A stretch of 64,000 bases of DNA. Origin: Diplonema japonicum. Lineage: Eukaryota; Protista; Euglenozoa: Diplonemea. Made by a program: the position numbers and the translations under genes. The notes below the pieces were generated by a model. It was not told the DNA's origin. It worked only from the letters and a program-made list of their open reading frames with translations, and did no database searches. The DNA lies in NCBI GenBank assembly GCA_964019335.1, contig OZ025685.1, positions 372,001 to 436,000 on the forward strand. The letters run 5' to 3'. This document shows positions 1 through 11,258 of this stretch, one piece after another. Within the stretch, counting starts at the first letter, position 1. Every line of letters begins with the position of its first letter.

Positions 1-1916
1 TCATTGTGGGTTCACAGTACCGGACGTTCACGGTCACCGACATTTCGGACCAAACCCTTATAAACTGGAGAGAACTCGTTACGCACGACGAAAGCTCCTC
101 TGAGCCATGGATTGTCATCAATAATACCGTCTATAGTATTGCCTCATGGCTGCAAACCCACCCCGGTGGGCCTGAAGTCCTCCTCCCAGTAGCGGGGGGC
201 GACGGGACTGCAGCGTTTGCCAGCGTTCAGCACAGCCGGAAAGCGATCGATATTCTGGAAAAATACAAAATAGGAAGGCTGCACCAGAAGGACGGGATGA
301 CATCTATCCTGCAGCAGTCGCAGGAGATCAGCACCGCGGTTAGCGAGCTGAACATCCCCAGAGCAGCGTCCGTGTTGACGGAAGGAAAGCAAACGTCGAT
401 GCTGTTGGAGGCCCTCGGCATTTTGATACAGAAGATACGCGCGGTGTCCGTGTTCGTTCCAATGGCGGTGAGACCGTTGGGCCCAGCGGACTGCATCCTG
501 CCCCTCCGCATCGGCGAGGAAGGAGCGATAATGTTCATTGAGCCTTTCATACTGTCGGTGTACGAAGAGGAGGTCCCCGTTCGCGACATCTACGTTGATA
601 TTGTAAGACATGCTTTTTTGGACTTCTCGGGATATGAGTCAAAATCCATCGAAAACACGTTTCTAGCTGTTTTTGAAAGCTCAAACGATGCGTGCAGATG
701 TGCCCTTGCGATACAGGAGAGGCTGCACGACGCCCCGTGGCCGGACGCTATTGAGAGCATCCCAACGTACAGCACGTCAAAGGCGTTCGCCATGCGGGGC
801 CCGTGCGTGCGCATCGGGATCCACTGGGGAGAACCCTGCTCCACAACAAACAACATCACAGAAAGACGCGACTTCTTCGGCGCGGTAGTGAACAAAACAC
901 AGGACATCACAAACGGCACCCCGAAAGGCTCAATCGCAGTATCTGACCTCGCCCTACGCCATGTTTTTATAAAGGGATATGCCAGCATCGGGTTTGGTTC
1001 ACTGGCAGGTATGAATGTGACGCTCATAATGCCGAAGAAGTTGGAGGCGAGGCTGAGCTATTTCAGCCAGAAAACCCGGCCTGTTGTGGCGTCGCAAGAA
1101 ATGACGTACGCGAAGCAGAAAAAAAGATGTTCCTCCGTTGCACAGATCGCAGCACAGCACGAACGATGGCCTTGCGACACCGGGCAGTGCGCCACCGTGG
1201 GATACGTGAAAACAAAAATCTCCAACAAACGAGATACACAGCTCTTCGATCAAATCAGCACGATGGCCAGTCTCTTGCTGAACACAGTCGAGAGGACGCG
1301 TGGTGTAGTGGTCTCCACTACAGGATGCTACACGTGGGTCTCGTGGGGCCTGCATAACACACACGTCTCTGAACACGACGAATGGTCCTTCCGGTTCGCG
1401 GCAATTATGAAATCGTTGCTGCCTGGATGTGTCATGGGCCTTTCCACAGGCAAGCTGCAGTCGGGTAACATGGGGACGGTCTCGCAAAAACTCGTTACCG
1501 TGGTGGGGGAACCCATGCATTCCGCGATTCTCCTGAACAAATGTTCACAAGAGCTCGGAACCGTGGCTCTGTGGAACGAATTGGTCAAGGGCCAGAAATT
1601 ACTGAAACCAGAATTCGTGGATTGGATCCGCCCAGTTGACACTTGGCAAGTAAGCACATCATCCAGTAAGATAGATGTACTTATTTACGAAGTACGGACC
1701 GACGACCTGAACCCTGAGTCGTCCGTGAGGGGGCACGGGTTTATTTGCGATCAGTGGGGTTGGTCATTAGAGTACCATGAGGCTTTCAATGAGAAGCTGG
1801 TGGCACGGATTGTGTCGCATATTGACATCTACCCGAGCCCCGTGCTCGCAGAGGTTGTGCGGCACTTGGAGAACAACACCCATCTATGTTATCAGAACGA
1901 TTTAGTGGTGGTTTAG
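1..1916 (+). CDS. 5'-partial cytochrome b5 domain + two degenerate class III nucleotidyl cyclase domains (probable pseudo-adenylate cyclase)
   Basis: Frame is open to the window edge. Cyt b5 motif WIVINNTVYSIASWLQTHPGG...QHS has both heme His. Cyclase-like GYESKSIENTF / GPCVRIGIHWG / DFFGAVVNK. Second cyclase-like region GLSTGKLQSGNMG. Same layout as the C-terminal half of the genes at 42543 and 48730. Confidence 0.85.
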   Translation, partial: IVGSQYRTFTVTDISDQTLINWRELVTHDESSSEPWIVINNTVYSIASWLQTHPGGPEVLLPVAGGDGTAAFASVQHSRKAIDILEKYKIGRLHQKDGMTSILQQSQEISTAVSELNIPRAASVLTEGKQTSMLLEALGILIQKIRAVSVFVPMAVRPLGPADCILPLRIGEEGAIMFIEPFILSVYEEEVPVRDIYVDIVRHAFLDFSGYESKSIENTFLAVFESSNDACRCALAIQERLHDAPWPDAIESIPTYSTSKAFAMRGPCVRIGIHWGEPCSTTNNITERRDFFGAVVNKTQDITNGTPKGSIAVSDLALRHVFIKGYASIGFGSLAGMNVTLIMPKKLEARLSYFSQKTRPVVASQEMTYAKQKKRCSSVAQIAAQHERWPCDTGQCATVGYVKTKISNKRDTQLFDQISTMASLLLNTVERTRGVVVSTTGCYTWVSWGLHNTHVSEHDEWSFRFAAIMKSLLPGCVMGLSTGKLQSGNMGTVSQKLVTVVGEPMHSAILLNKCSQELGTVALWNELVKGQKLLKPEFVDWIRPVDTWQVSTSSSKIDVLIYEVRTDDLNPESSVRGHGFICDQWGWSLEYHEAFNEKLVARIVSHIDIYPSPVLAEVVRHLENNTHLCYQNDLVVV

Positions 1917-2015
1917 TGGTTCAATGGTTGGGGGGGGATCAAAAAAAAAAAAGGATTATTGCTTACGGAGGGCTTTCTAGTCCTTGTCTGTTCTTTTCAG
2001 AAGCTGGACGAAGCT

Positions 2016-2058
<43 letters not shown>

Positions 2059-2403
2059 CTCTACCCCCTCCCCCCGTGTTGCTGTATTTTTTTTTGTTTT
2101 TTTTTGCTCTCCGGGAAAAAAAAAAAGCCAAGGTTTTCTTCTTATTGGAAGATACAAACGTCAGCTAGGCACTTCGGTGTGGTAGCAGGGAACGACAGCA
2201 TCAAATTTTGTTTGTGATCCGCAAAAAAAAAAAAGAAGAATTCACTTTAAGGCTCTCATGGATCGTTGTCCCCCCCCCCCTTTTTTTTCTTGGGTTTAAA
2301 AAAGAATTCAAAGGATACATATTGCCATGACCCATCTTTTTTCGTCTCCTACACGACTCACTCAGACACAAACCACCCCCAAGAGTAAAGGAAGGGGGGA
2401 AAT

Positions 2404-2853
2404 ATGAACAGCTGTTTCCAGTGCGGTAAGCAGATAAATGGCGAACACTTGCTGGTGGAGATGCCTGGGAAAGGGGAGCTGCCCGTGCACGAGGACTGCT
2501 ACAATACATGCCTACCTGTGTGCGCTTGGTGCCGTGTAGAGTTGGAAGATGCCTACGTGTTATACAATGGAGAAAAATATGGCGTGGTGTCGCTGCATGA
2601 AGGGTGCAGGGCTGCCTTTGTAGAGGCCAACAAGGCTACAAAGGGACCGGACAGTATACAGTCGATTACAAAACCTTCGGAGAACAAAAAGGCGGGGAAA
2701 GGGAACGATCGTTTGTTCATAGATGACATGAGTCTGGGGGAGCTCCGCTTGGAGATAAACAGAAGGGGTCTAACGATTCCCGAAATACACTTAAAATCGC
2801 AACAAGACCTTGCTAAGGTGTTGAGAGAAAACTGGGACGAGAAAGTCGGGTGA
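2404..2853 (+). CDS. LIM-type zinc finger protein with C-terminal SAP-like helix-extension-helix motif
   Basis: CxxC...HxxC...CxxC...HxxC spacing (CFQC, HEDC, CAWC, HEGC); DMSLGELRLEINRRGL resembles a SAP motif. Confidence 0.65.
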   Translation: MNSCFQCGKQINGEHLLVEMPGKGELPVHEDCYNTCLPVCAWCRVELEDAYVLYNGEKYGVVSLHEGCRAAFVEANKATKGPDSIQSITKPSENKKAGKGNDRLFIDDMSLGELRLEINRRGLTIPEIHLKSQQDLAKVLRENWDEKVG

Positions 2854-2861
2854 GAAAGGAA

Positions 2862-2924
<63 letters not shown>

Positions 2925-3028
2925 GTTATTCTTATAAAAAAAAATTTTTTTTTTTATTCATTTATTATATATATATTTTTTTTTTCCTTCCAAAAATCCC
3001 ATCAAACCCAGTCAACAAAAAAAAAAAA

Positions 3029-4205
3029 ATGAAACACAACACTGTCCTCCCTCCAGAAAGGTTGACAAAAGGCGAGGTAAAATACAAACGCAAGCTTCTA
3101 AAGCTCGTCTCGGACGGACAAATAGAACTGCTCAGAAGCGTCGCGTCAAAACGAGAGGGAGGCCTGAACTTCTCAGAAGTCCGGAGGAAAGCATGGCCCC
3201 TCTTGGTAGGCATCGACGAAAGGTCTTGCAAAAGCCTTGAAGGCACCCATTTCGACCACCCAGAAGCAACTCAAATCGACCTCGACCTAAACAGATCGCT
3301 ACACAGCATTAGCGACGATGCGATACGAGATAAATATCGGGCTTGGCTGCGGTCCATGCTTCTCAGCTCCCTGACGGCAAACGGTACACTAGAAAAACCT
3401 AGACAATACTACCAGGGGCTGCACGACATCGCGGCTGTTCTTTTACTACACTTGGGAGTCGATGTCGGTGGTGCTGTGTTAGAAAGGCTGGTAAGCTGGC
3501 ATTTAAACCCTTGGATGGAAGGGGGAAGCAAGAAATGGACCGAAGTTCTGGATCTGATCCCGAGCTTAATGCGAAAGCTGGACAGCGAACTGGGAGACGC
3601 ACTTGATCAAGGGTTGATTCGAGAAGGATTAGGTTGCACCTTTGCCCTTCCCTGGTTGATCACATGGATGACACACACTTACTCTAACAAAATTGAAATA
3701 TGTGCGCGGTTGCTCGATTATCTTCTCTCTACCACGCCCCTCACCATCGTTTACCTTTGTGCGGTGGCAGCTACTTCTCGGCGTGACTGTGTCCTTGAGC
3801 ACACCGAGACTACTATGCAATATGCCACGTTGAATTCTCTCCCGTCTTCTCCAATGCTTGAAGCTTGGATTTCTACGACGCACTCTCTCTACGCCTCCTA
3901 CCCTCCTAGGCAGTTAATTAGTAACGTTTACGGGCGGTCACCTCCTTCTGTGGTGGATCCAGAAACATCTCCTTTATTTGTGCTGCCCGCCGACCCGCAA
4001 CAAGCGCCGGTTATCATAAAGGACAGGCTCACGCAAAGTTCGAAGAGACGGAGGAGGCATAATTTGTTGGGGTATTTGGGTTCTTATATGGTATGGAAAA
4101 GGGAAGGGGGGGGGGGGGTGAAATATAATTTAGGTTGGCAGCAGCGTTGCAGTTCTTTCAGCTTACTCGTATTATTACTTTGCTCACGAAGGGGGTGCTG
4201 GATGA
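3029..4205 (+). CDS. TBC1D20: Rab-GAP TBC domain protein, TBC1D20/Gyp8-like, tail-anchored; exons 3029-4090 and 4134-4205
   Basis: RRKAWPLL, QIDLDLNRS (IxxDxxR) and YYQGLHDI (YxQ) motifs, plus FALPWLITW. Removing intron 4091-4133 (GTATGG..TTAG) gives a hydrophobic C-terminal anchor LLGYLGSYMVGSSVAVLSAYSYYYFAHEGGAG*. Confidence 0.85.
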
Positions 4206-4391
4206 AAAAAAAAAAAAAAAAAAAAGGGTTTTTTTTTCTATCTTTTTCAATCAAAACCACATTTTTTTTCTTTTTTTTTTTTGTGTATGTGTATTCATCT
4301 CGAAAAGAAAATGTCGCTAATGCGCAAAAAAAAAAAAAAAAAAAAAAAATAAGAAAAAGCGAAAACAAGATGTTTCTCTCATTTTCGTTTT

Positions 4392-4424
<33 letters not shown>

Positions 4425-4480
4425 CCAGGACTAAACCAAACCGGTATTGAAAAAATAAGGTAGGGGGGGAGGGAGAAATT

Positions 4481-5527
4481 ATGTCCCTCCCGGAGCTATT
4501 TGACTCGCAGTTGAAGCGGTACGGCGAAGAGTTGCGAGAGGCCGACCACATTGCCGAGGTGAGACGGGAGTTCAACGGGAGGTACAGAACAGGGGTGAAA
4601 CTCCGGCGGCCTGCAGGGGGCGATGTTCAGGTGGACACCTGTGTCGAGCAAATGAAGTCCCTGCTGAGAGGCGTGCGAACTTCCTTCGCCACCTTCCGCA
4701 ACAGCGTCAACTTCTTCCACAACAAGGTACGTCTCGTAGCCAAAACCATCAAAAGCGCACGCCTGCAAAAACGCACCCGCATCGCAGCCTTATTCTGCGC
4801 ATGGCTAGAATATGAAGCAGGTCTTCGCCGGGACATACAGTCAGCAAACTCCTGTCGCCCACCTGGCGAGGTCAAACAACTCATGGAAACAAAGGCACCT
4901 GACATTGACATGGCAACCCGCCAGGCAGTCTTGACAAAATTCTACCGCCAGATCAGGGTGCAGTTCCATGTGGATTTCAAAGCATGGCACCACGACAAGA
5001 ACATTCTGACAACAAGGGTGAAAAAACTGAAAACCAGCGCGCTGCTGTGGAAAGACGAGAAGGACAGCCAGAAAAAAGCTCAGGAACAGCTTGCCGCGGA
5101 ACCCCTTCCCACCCTCGCGCAAGGCAACAACACAATGATGGAACGGTTGGAAGAGGCCATTAAGGATCTCAACTGCCATCTTTGTACGGAGCCACGCTTC
5201 TCTCTCGAACCCACCAACAAAAACCTCCTCGCAATAATGGAGATAAGTAGGGATCTCGCGGTGTCACGAGCGCCGTTGTTAGAGAGTTCGTTCTGCTCGA
5301 GGCCTTCTTCGCGGGCATCTTCACGTGCTTCATCGCGGCCCTCTTCTAGACACTCGTCTTTCCTTACCCGGAAGGTCTCGCGGGTTTTGTCACGACACTC
5401 CATCTCGCGGCACTCCTTCAACAACAACACCAACAACAACCTCCCCGGAAGACCCCCCGGACACCTCCCCCCTCTTGTGCAGAAAAAATCTCAGCATCTT
5501 CTTAGGAGAAAACCGTCTGCGATCTGA
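4481..5527 (+). CDS. Hypothetical protein, coiled-coil with Ser/Arg-rich tail
   Basis: 348-aa ORF with coding-like composition between homopolymer spacers; SSRPSSRASSR repeats; no family recognised. Confidence 0.7.
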   Translation: MSLPELFDSQLKRYGEELREADHIAEVRREFNGRYRTGVKLRRPAGGDVQVDTCVEQMKSLLRGVRTSFATFRNSVNFFHNKVRLVAKTIKSARLQKRTRIAALFCAWLEYEAGLRRDIQSANSCRPPGEVKQLMETKAPDIDMATRQAVLTKFYRQIRVQFHVDFKAWHHDKNILTTRVKKLKTSALLWKDEKDSQKKAQEQLAAEPLPTLAQGNNTMMERLEEAIKDLNCHLCTEPRFSLEPTNKNLLAIMEISRDLAVSRAPLLESSFCSRPSSRASSRASSRPSSRHSSFLTRKVSRVLSRHSISRHSFNNNTNNNLPGRPPGHLPPLVQKKSQHLLRRKPSAI

Positions 5528-5680
5528 TAAGAAAAAAAACGATCTTTTTTTTTTTTTTTTTTTTTTTTTTGTTTTCACAAAAAAAAAAAAAATTGAGTTT
5601 TGATTCTTAACTTCATCTCTTCGAAAGATCTGAGCCCCCCCCCCCCCCCCCCCCCCGACAGACGGGAAAAAAAAAAGAAA

Positions 5681-6286
5681 ATGCAAACAATATGGAAATT
5701 CGCAGAAGGTAAGTCCAATGCTGCCGGTGAGGTGCCTGAGGGGAAGGCACACGATGCTAAGAGGTTGGCCCTCGTGAATGAGGGGTTGGGAGAGGTGGAG
5801 AAGTGTTTTGAGAAGGGGCTGCCGGGCACCGAAGGGGACCTCGGGCAGTGTTACAAGTGGAAGGCGGTGCTCTTGAGCAAATGGGGCGACATGCAAGGCA
5901 CCGCAGACAAGATCAAGAACTCCTACCACGTGAGGGACAACGCTCAGGAGGCCTGCGACCGCCTCCCCCACGACAGTGTGGCCAACCACGTACTGGGGGC
6001 CTTCTTTTTCCACGTATCCAACCTTTCTTGGGTTGAGAAGAAGGTTGCCTCTACCCTCTTCGCGACACCCCCTTCTCACACATTTACAGAGGCGCTGCCT
6101 TACCTGCACAAAGCACAAGAGGCGGAACCAACATACATCCGTAACGCTCTGATGCTAGGGGACACTTACACAAACGTAGGCAATCGTGAAGAGGCTCGCA
6201 AGTGGTACACACACTGCTCTGTGCAACAGGCCACCACCCTCATTGAGGAACCGCTTATCGCACAGTGCAAGGCAAAGGCGAAGTGA
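5681..6286 (+). CDS. RMDN1: Regulator of microtubule dynamics (RMDN/FAM82)-like TPR protein
   Basis: CYKWKAVLLS..., KIKNSY, HVLGAFFFHVSNLSWVEKKVASTLFATPP and EAL..LHKA match the RMDN pattern. ATG follows an A-rich leader; an upstream exon cannot be excluded. Confidence 0.8.
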   Translation: MQTIWKFAEGKSNAAGEVPEGKAHDAKRLALVNEGLGEVEKCFEKGLPGTEGDLGQCYKWKAVLLSKWGDMQGTADKIKNSYHVRDNAQEACDRLPHDSVANHVLGAFFFHVSNLSWVEKKVASTLFATPPSHTFTEALPYLHKAQEAEPTYIRNALMLGDTYTNVGNREEARKWYTHCSVQQATTLIEEPLIAQCKAKAK

Positions 6287-6295
6287 TCCCCTCCC

Positions 6296-6361
6296 CAGGG
6301 CTATGTTGGAGGAAACGGATGCGGAAACGGAAACGTTTCCCCGTTTCTTGCCAAAATAGCC
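6296..6361. mobile_element. Minimal internally deleted copy of the CAGGGCTATGTTGGCAAG-TIR MITE family
   Basis: CAGGGCTATGTTGG...GGAAACGTTTCCCCGTTTCTTGCCAAAATAGCC is the reverse complement of the left part of 8012-8229. Confidence 0.6.
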
Positions 6362-6620
6362 GCCGCGCGTCCCCCTTCTTCACTTTTTTTCAACTTTTTT
6401 TCCACGCCCTAAAAAAAACCCCGGGGGTGGGGAGGGGAGGGGTGCTAAAATGGTATGAGGTGTTAATTTTTTTTTTTTTTTTCCTGGCGAGTGATTTTTT
6501 TGTTTTGTTGTGGTACCTGTTGTTGTTTTTTTTTTTAATAGTGTTCCCCCTCCCCCCCCAGATCGACAACACAAAAAAAAAGTGGGGAGGGAAAAAAAAA
6601 AAAAAAAGAGGGGGAAAAAA

Positions 6621-7208
6621 ATGGGGTGTTGCTTTGGGAGTGACAATAATACCGCGAAAGATGACGACAAGGGAGAGCCATTGGTAGAGAGGGAGGCAAA
6701 AACACCGGAGAAGAAGGAGAAGAAGAAAGAAAGCTCAGCATCGCCGCCGCCACCCTTGTCAGAGAAGAAGACGCCGAAGAAGGAGGGGAAGGCAACACCT
6801 GCGAAGAAGGAGGAGAAGAAGAGCCCCCCCGCTAAGAAAGAAGAGAAGAAATCCCCAAAAAAAGAAACGAAGGCCGATGAGAAGAAGGAGAAGGAAAAGG
6901 AAAAAGAAAAACCGGCAGCCAAGGAGAAGGAGAAGGAAAAGGAGAAAAAGAAAGAGAAGGACGACGTCCCCCCTGCCGCGGCTGCCAATGTACCCACCAT
7001 TGATAACTCTCTACGCCTTCAAGGCAGAGGTGGAGAACTCCCTCCTCCTGCCGCTGGAACCACAAATATGACTCTTAGTTCAAAACCTTCTGAGGACGTC
7101 TCGACTAAAGGTAGGTCTGAGAAAACCGTAGCTCGGCTAAAGAGGACAAACAACTGTGTAGAAGACTGCAGGCCATCGATCGATCTGGCAACGGGGAAGC
7201 TTTGCTGA
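6621..7208 (+). CDS. Lys/Glu-rich low-complexity protein with N-terminal dual acylation motif (MGCC)
   Basis: ATG after an A-run; MGCCFGS fits myristoylation plus palmitoylation; KEKEKE and KKEEKKSPP repeats use mixed codons, so they are not a homopolymer artefact. Confidence 0.7.
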   Translation: MGCCFGSDNNTAKDDDKGEPLVEREAKTPEKKEKKKESSASPPPPLSEKKTPKKEGKATPAKKEEKKSPPAKKEEKKSPKKETKADEKKEKEKEKEKPAAKEKEKEKEKKKEKDDVPPAAAANVPTIDNSLRLQGRGGELPPPAAGTTNMTLSSKPSEDVSTKGRSEKTVARLKRTNNCVEDCRPSIDLATGKLC

Positions 7209-7785
7209 GGAAAGAAGGGAAAAAAAAAAAAAAAAAAAAGAAAAAAAAATACAAATAAATTACAACACACTCTCGTTTTAAGTAACAAAGAGTACCAAAA
7301 AAAAAAAAAAAAGTCCGATTAATACCCCTATATATAAGCTGGTGGTAGAGGGGAAAAGGAATGTAATAAAAAAAAAAGAGAAAAAAAATGTGACAACGTG
7401 GGGGGGGGGGAGATAATTAAAAGTGTCTGGGTCCTTTCTTCCCCCTCCCCCCCCGTTTCAAAAATCTAGGATAGAAGGAATACTCAAGGAAGGGCTTTGG
7501 ATGGGCTTTCAAAAAAAGGGGGGGGGGGATGTTGCATTTCATTAGCTTGAGGAGGGACACCCTTTCTTATTTGGAGAAAGAAGGGGAAAAAGCGGGGGGA
7601 GAAGGCCGACAAAACCACCGATGGTGGAGAAACCGCTGCTGAGGAGGGAATGCAGATAGTGAGGACAAGAATTCCTTTGACTCGTTTCTTTTTTTTTTTT
7701 GTTTCAGTTCAAATATTCTAGTTGTAGGGTAGGCAAATATGTAAGGTATTATTTTTTTAAAAAGAAGGTGGGGGGTATCAAAAGC

Positions 7786-7976
7786 CCCATTGCAAAGATG
7801 GTTTTTTTTTTTTTTTTTTCAGTTTCGCCAACGCGTTTCTAAGTCCTGGCCACCAATTTTTGGTTTTTTAATTTACCCATTCTTGGGCAAAAAAAAAAAA
7901 GGGTGGGGGTGTTGGGTCAAGGTAGAAAAGCGTTTTTTTTGGTTTTGGAAAAACTGAAAAACCACCTTTGCATGGG
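7786..7976. mobile_element. Small TIR element (MITE)
   Basis: CCCATTGCAAAGATGGTTTT at the left end and AAAACCACCTTTGCATGGG at the right end are inverted repeats. Confidence 0.5.
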
Positions 7977-8011
7977 TTTTTTTTTTTGGGGAGGGTTTTT
8001 TTAATATTCCC

Positions 8012-8229
8012 TAGGGCCGTGTTGGCAAGAAACGGGGAAACGTTTCCGTTCCGTATTCGTTTCCTTTTTTTTTTCCCCCTTTTTTTTTTCAGATATATAA
8101 AGGCAACGCGTTTCCTTGCCTCAGAGGAAAACGTCTTCCCTTCTTAAGGAAATGGCCCCCAAAAATAGGGAAACGTTTTGGAAAAAAAAAAAAGTTTGGA
8201 AAACGCGTTTCCTTGCCAACATAGCCCTG
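8012..8229. mobile_element. MITE with (T/C)AGGGC..TGTTGGCAAG TIRs (hAT-like ends)
   Basis: Left TAGGGCCGTGTTGGCAAGAAAC; right CGCGTTTCCTTGCCAACATAGCCCTG. Related ends at 6296 and 58466. No clear TSD. Confidence 0.6.
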
Positions 8230-8605
8230 TGGGGGTTAAGTATATCAAAAAATATTATGCATTTCTGTAAAGCCTAAGCTCAATCCCCAAATAGATTTTT
8301 TTTTTTTTCTTTTTGGAAAGATGTCCTCAGTCCTTTGAAATCGGATTTCGGGAAAGTTAGCATCAAAAGGCTCTGTTTTGCTGGCTGAACTTTAATTAGA
8401 TGCTTTATAGACATGCAGCGTAAAATTATGCAAAAAAAAAGAAGAAAAAAAGACTTGTTTTCTGGCTTCCTCCCCTTCCCCCCCTTTTTTTTCTCTATTA
8501 TCTCTTCACCCCTGGCCCTTTTTTCTTTCCCCTCCCCTCTTTCCCCCTGTCCTCTCAACGTTGTCCTACTTATTATTATTTTTTTTCTCTTTTTTTTGCT
8601 TCGGG

Positions 8606-8635
<30 letters not shown>

Positions 8636-8637
<2 letters not shown>

Positions 8638-9476
8638 CTATTTACTAAATAAAAACCAGATTACCTGATTTTTTACGAGGAATTCTTTTTTTTCATGAGT
8701 AGTTGAATTTCACGAGCGAAGCGAGTGAAATTCAAAAAAAAAAAAAAAACAAGTGGGAAAAAAAGAAATTCCGAGTAAAAATCTGGCTGATTTTTATTTA
8801 GTATGATATTTTACTTAAGTTTTTGCAAAGTTAAATGAGGAAATTTCGGACACTGTGAACCCTTTATGTTCACTTCTGCGAAATGTTCACACTGATGTCA
8901 AGACTAAGCCTGATTGCCTGAGAAGATGATGTCAAATTGACTGTTGTAATTTGTGTCGGCACTTGATCATCGCTCTTCAGAAACTTGATCAGGTCTGACT
9001 TCCAGCCAAAACAGCAGGTTCCTTCATCAACAAGGTATTGTGCAAAAGAACGCCTGTATGCATGGCCAGTGTAACTTTCGGCATTTGCCGGCCTCAGGTG
9101 TGATGCTTGGTGGCCAGGAAACCTGGTAAAGTGCATTTATGCCTCTTTTGCCTCGGATGCCTGACTGTGTTTTGCCTCAGATAACTGGTTGTGTTTTGGG
9201 GAGGTAGAGGTGCGTCTCATATTTTGAGAACCAATTAATTTATATGTCGAGCGGCGTCTGTAAAAAACGCAACATGGCGGTGTTAGCGGCCCACCAGATG
9301 CAAAAAAAATGAAGACGAATACCGAAAAAGCCCGAAAATTGCTCAGAGTAAAAATCAGATTTTACTTTGCATTTACTGCACTTTTTTTAAGCCAAAATTC
9401 GGCCTATTACTTTGCGTTTATTCTTCACTTTGCATTTACTCGTGAACGGCAAAGTGAGTTACTTTGCGGAATTAAG

Positions 9477-9478
<2 letters not shown>
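8636..9478 (-). mobile_element. Degenerate Crypton-like tyrosine-recombinase DNA transposon
   Basis: Minus-strand remnant 8870-9136 reads NAESYTGHAYRRSFAQYLVDEG...GWKS (tyrosine recombinase HxxR box region). A ~170-bp imperfect palindrome is centred on CACGAGCGAAGCGAGTG (8711-8727). Confidence 0.7.
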
Positions 9479-9514
<36 letters not shown>

Positions 9515-9518
9515 TAGG

Positions 9519-9548
<30 letters not shown>

Positions 9549-9549
<1 letters not shown>

Positions 9550-10103
9550 TGTCGGAACACCAAAACAGCCAGCTGAGGAAGTGCTCCATGAACCCCGCTG
9601 CTTTCGCAGCCATGTGTACCATCACCACCGGTGTAATGGTGAATGAGTACCTTCAGATTCTAAACCTTTATGGGAGCGGGCAGTGGGCGACCGGGCTTGT
9701 TCCTGTGATGGCTTTTTTACTGACCTGTGTTGTGAGCTTCGTGTGGCGGCAGAATGTTGAGGTGAATGTGCCCTTCTTGGTGGCACATTTCATGGGGGCT
9801 GCAGGATTGCTGTTTTGGTCCATCGAGTGGTGGAACACCAGCACCCGGCACAGAACTGAATACTTTGACACCCACGTTTCTTACTTCCTCATGTGCTTTG
9901 CGGTGTTGGTTCTGTCATGCTACAGATACTACGATTGCAGCAAGGAAAAGAAGATTTGGACTTCTGCCGAGCTTGCGGAACTACACAACCAGCTGTCTAT
10001 GTTGTCTCACGAACCTATTTTTGAGCCCCTTGGGAAGTCCCCGCAGGGCTCAGACGCCCCCACTTCAAGGTGTTCGGAGCCCCACCATGTCGAGTTCGTG
10101 TGA
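9549..10103 (+). CDS. Hypothetical multi-pass membrane protein (~4 TM)
   Basis: 184-aa ORF after a poly-A leader with four hydrophobic segments. Confidence 0.7.
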
Positions 10104-11192
10104 TTTTCTTTTTTTTTGGGGGGGGTAAAAAGATTTTGTAAAAAAAAAAAAAATAAAAAAGGGCATTGTGTCAAGCGCACCCTTTTTTTTTCTTCTTTTT
10201 TTTTTTTTTTTTTCGAAAATTTTTAAAAAGAAATATAAAAAAAAAAAGAAAAAAAAAGAAAAAAAAAGAAAAAAAAAGCAGGGAGGAATCGTGGGGGAGG
10301 GGGCTTTCTTTTCTTTTTTTTTTCCCCGCGGCTAACCTTGCCCCTTCTCGCGCTTTTCTTCTTGAGAGAATAGAAAAAAATGAAGCAAAGGAATAAAGGG
10401 GGGAGGAAAGGGACAAAACAAAGGGGGTACGGGAGAAGAGAAGAGAAGCCCCCCAAAAAAAAAGGAAGGGAGGGGGAAAAAGAACTATATTGAGATAAAG
10501 TAAATCTATCAGAGGTCTCTGTAATAGTGAAACCCTCCCCCTTCCCTTTTTTGCCTCTCTCCTTTATCTTCTCCCCCCCCCCTTTTTTTTGTGTATCCCC
10601 TTCCTCTATATTCTCCTTCTTTTTTTTTTCCTCCTATTATCGAAATGAAAACCGTTCTCTCCCCTCTGTATTCTTTTTTTCCTTCTTCCTTTCTTTTTTT
10701 TTTTTTTTTTTTTTCCCTTTTCTTTTTGAAAAGAACGAGAAATTTAAAAAAAAAAAAAAAAAAAGGAAGAGGGGAAAAAAAGGGGGGGGTGAAAATACTT
10801 TCCTTTAATTTTTGGCCCGTCTCGACGTTGGCTTTACAAAAAAAAAAAAAGAAAAAAAAAAAGAAAAGAAACAGACAAGTTTTTCTTCTTTGTTTTTTGG
10901 CAAACGCACAAAAAGGGTTCCCCACGTGGGGACCCCATTCCCCCTTCCCTTTTTCTGGAGTCAACGCTAGCACCTCCTCCCCCCCTACCTCCCCCCTACC
11001 CCATCAAAGTGATTTCCCCTCCCCCTTCTTTTAAAACTCTCTCCTAGCATATGCAAGTAACATCCCCCCCACCTGCTTTGTGAAAAAAGAATTTTTTCTT
11101 AAATTCTCTACGTAAAAATACCATTCAAAAAAAAAAAAGATTTTTTTTGTTCTTTTTTTGCTTGTATATGCATTTCTTGGTCTTAACTTTTT

Positions 11193-11258
<66 letters not shown>

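Noticed and set aside
2854-2922. Poly-A directly after stop codons (also 4206 and 19420) as evidence of retrogenes
   Set aside because: A runs are ubiquitous in this DNA, no TSDs were seen, and the TBC gene retains an intron.
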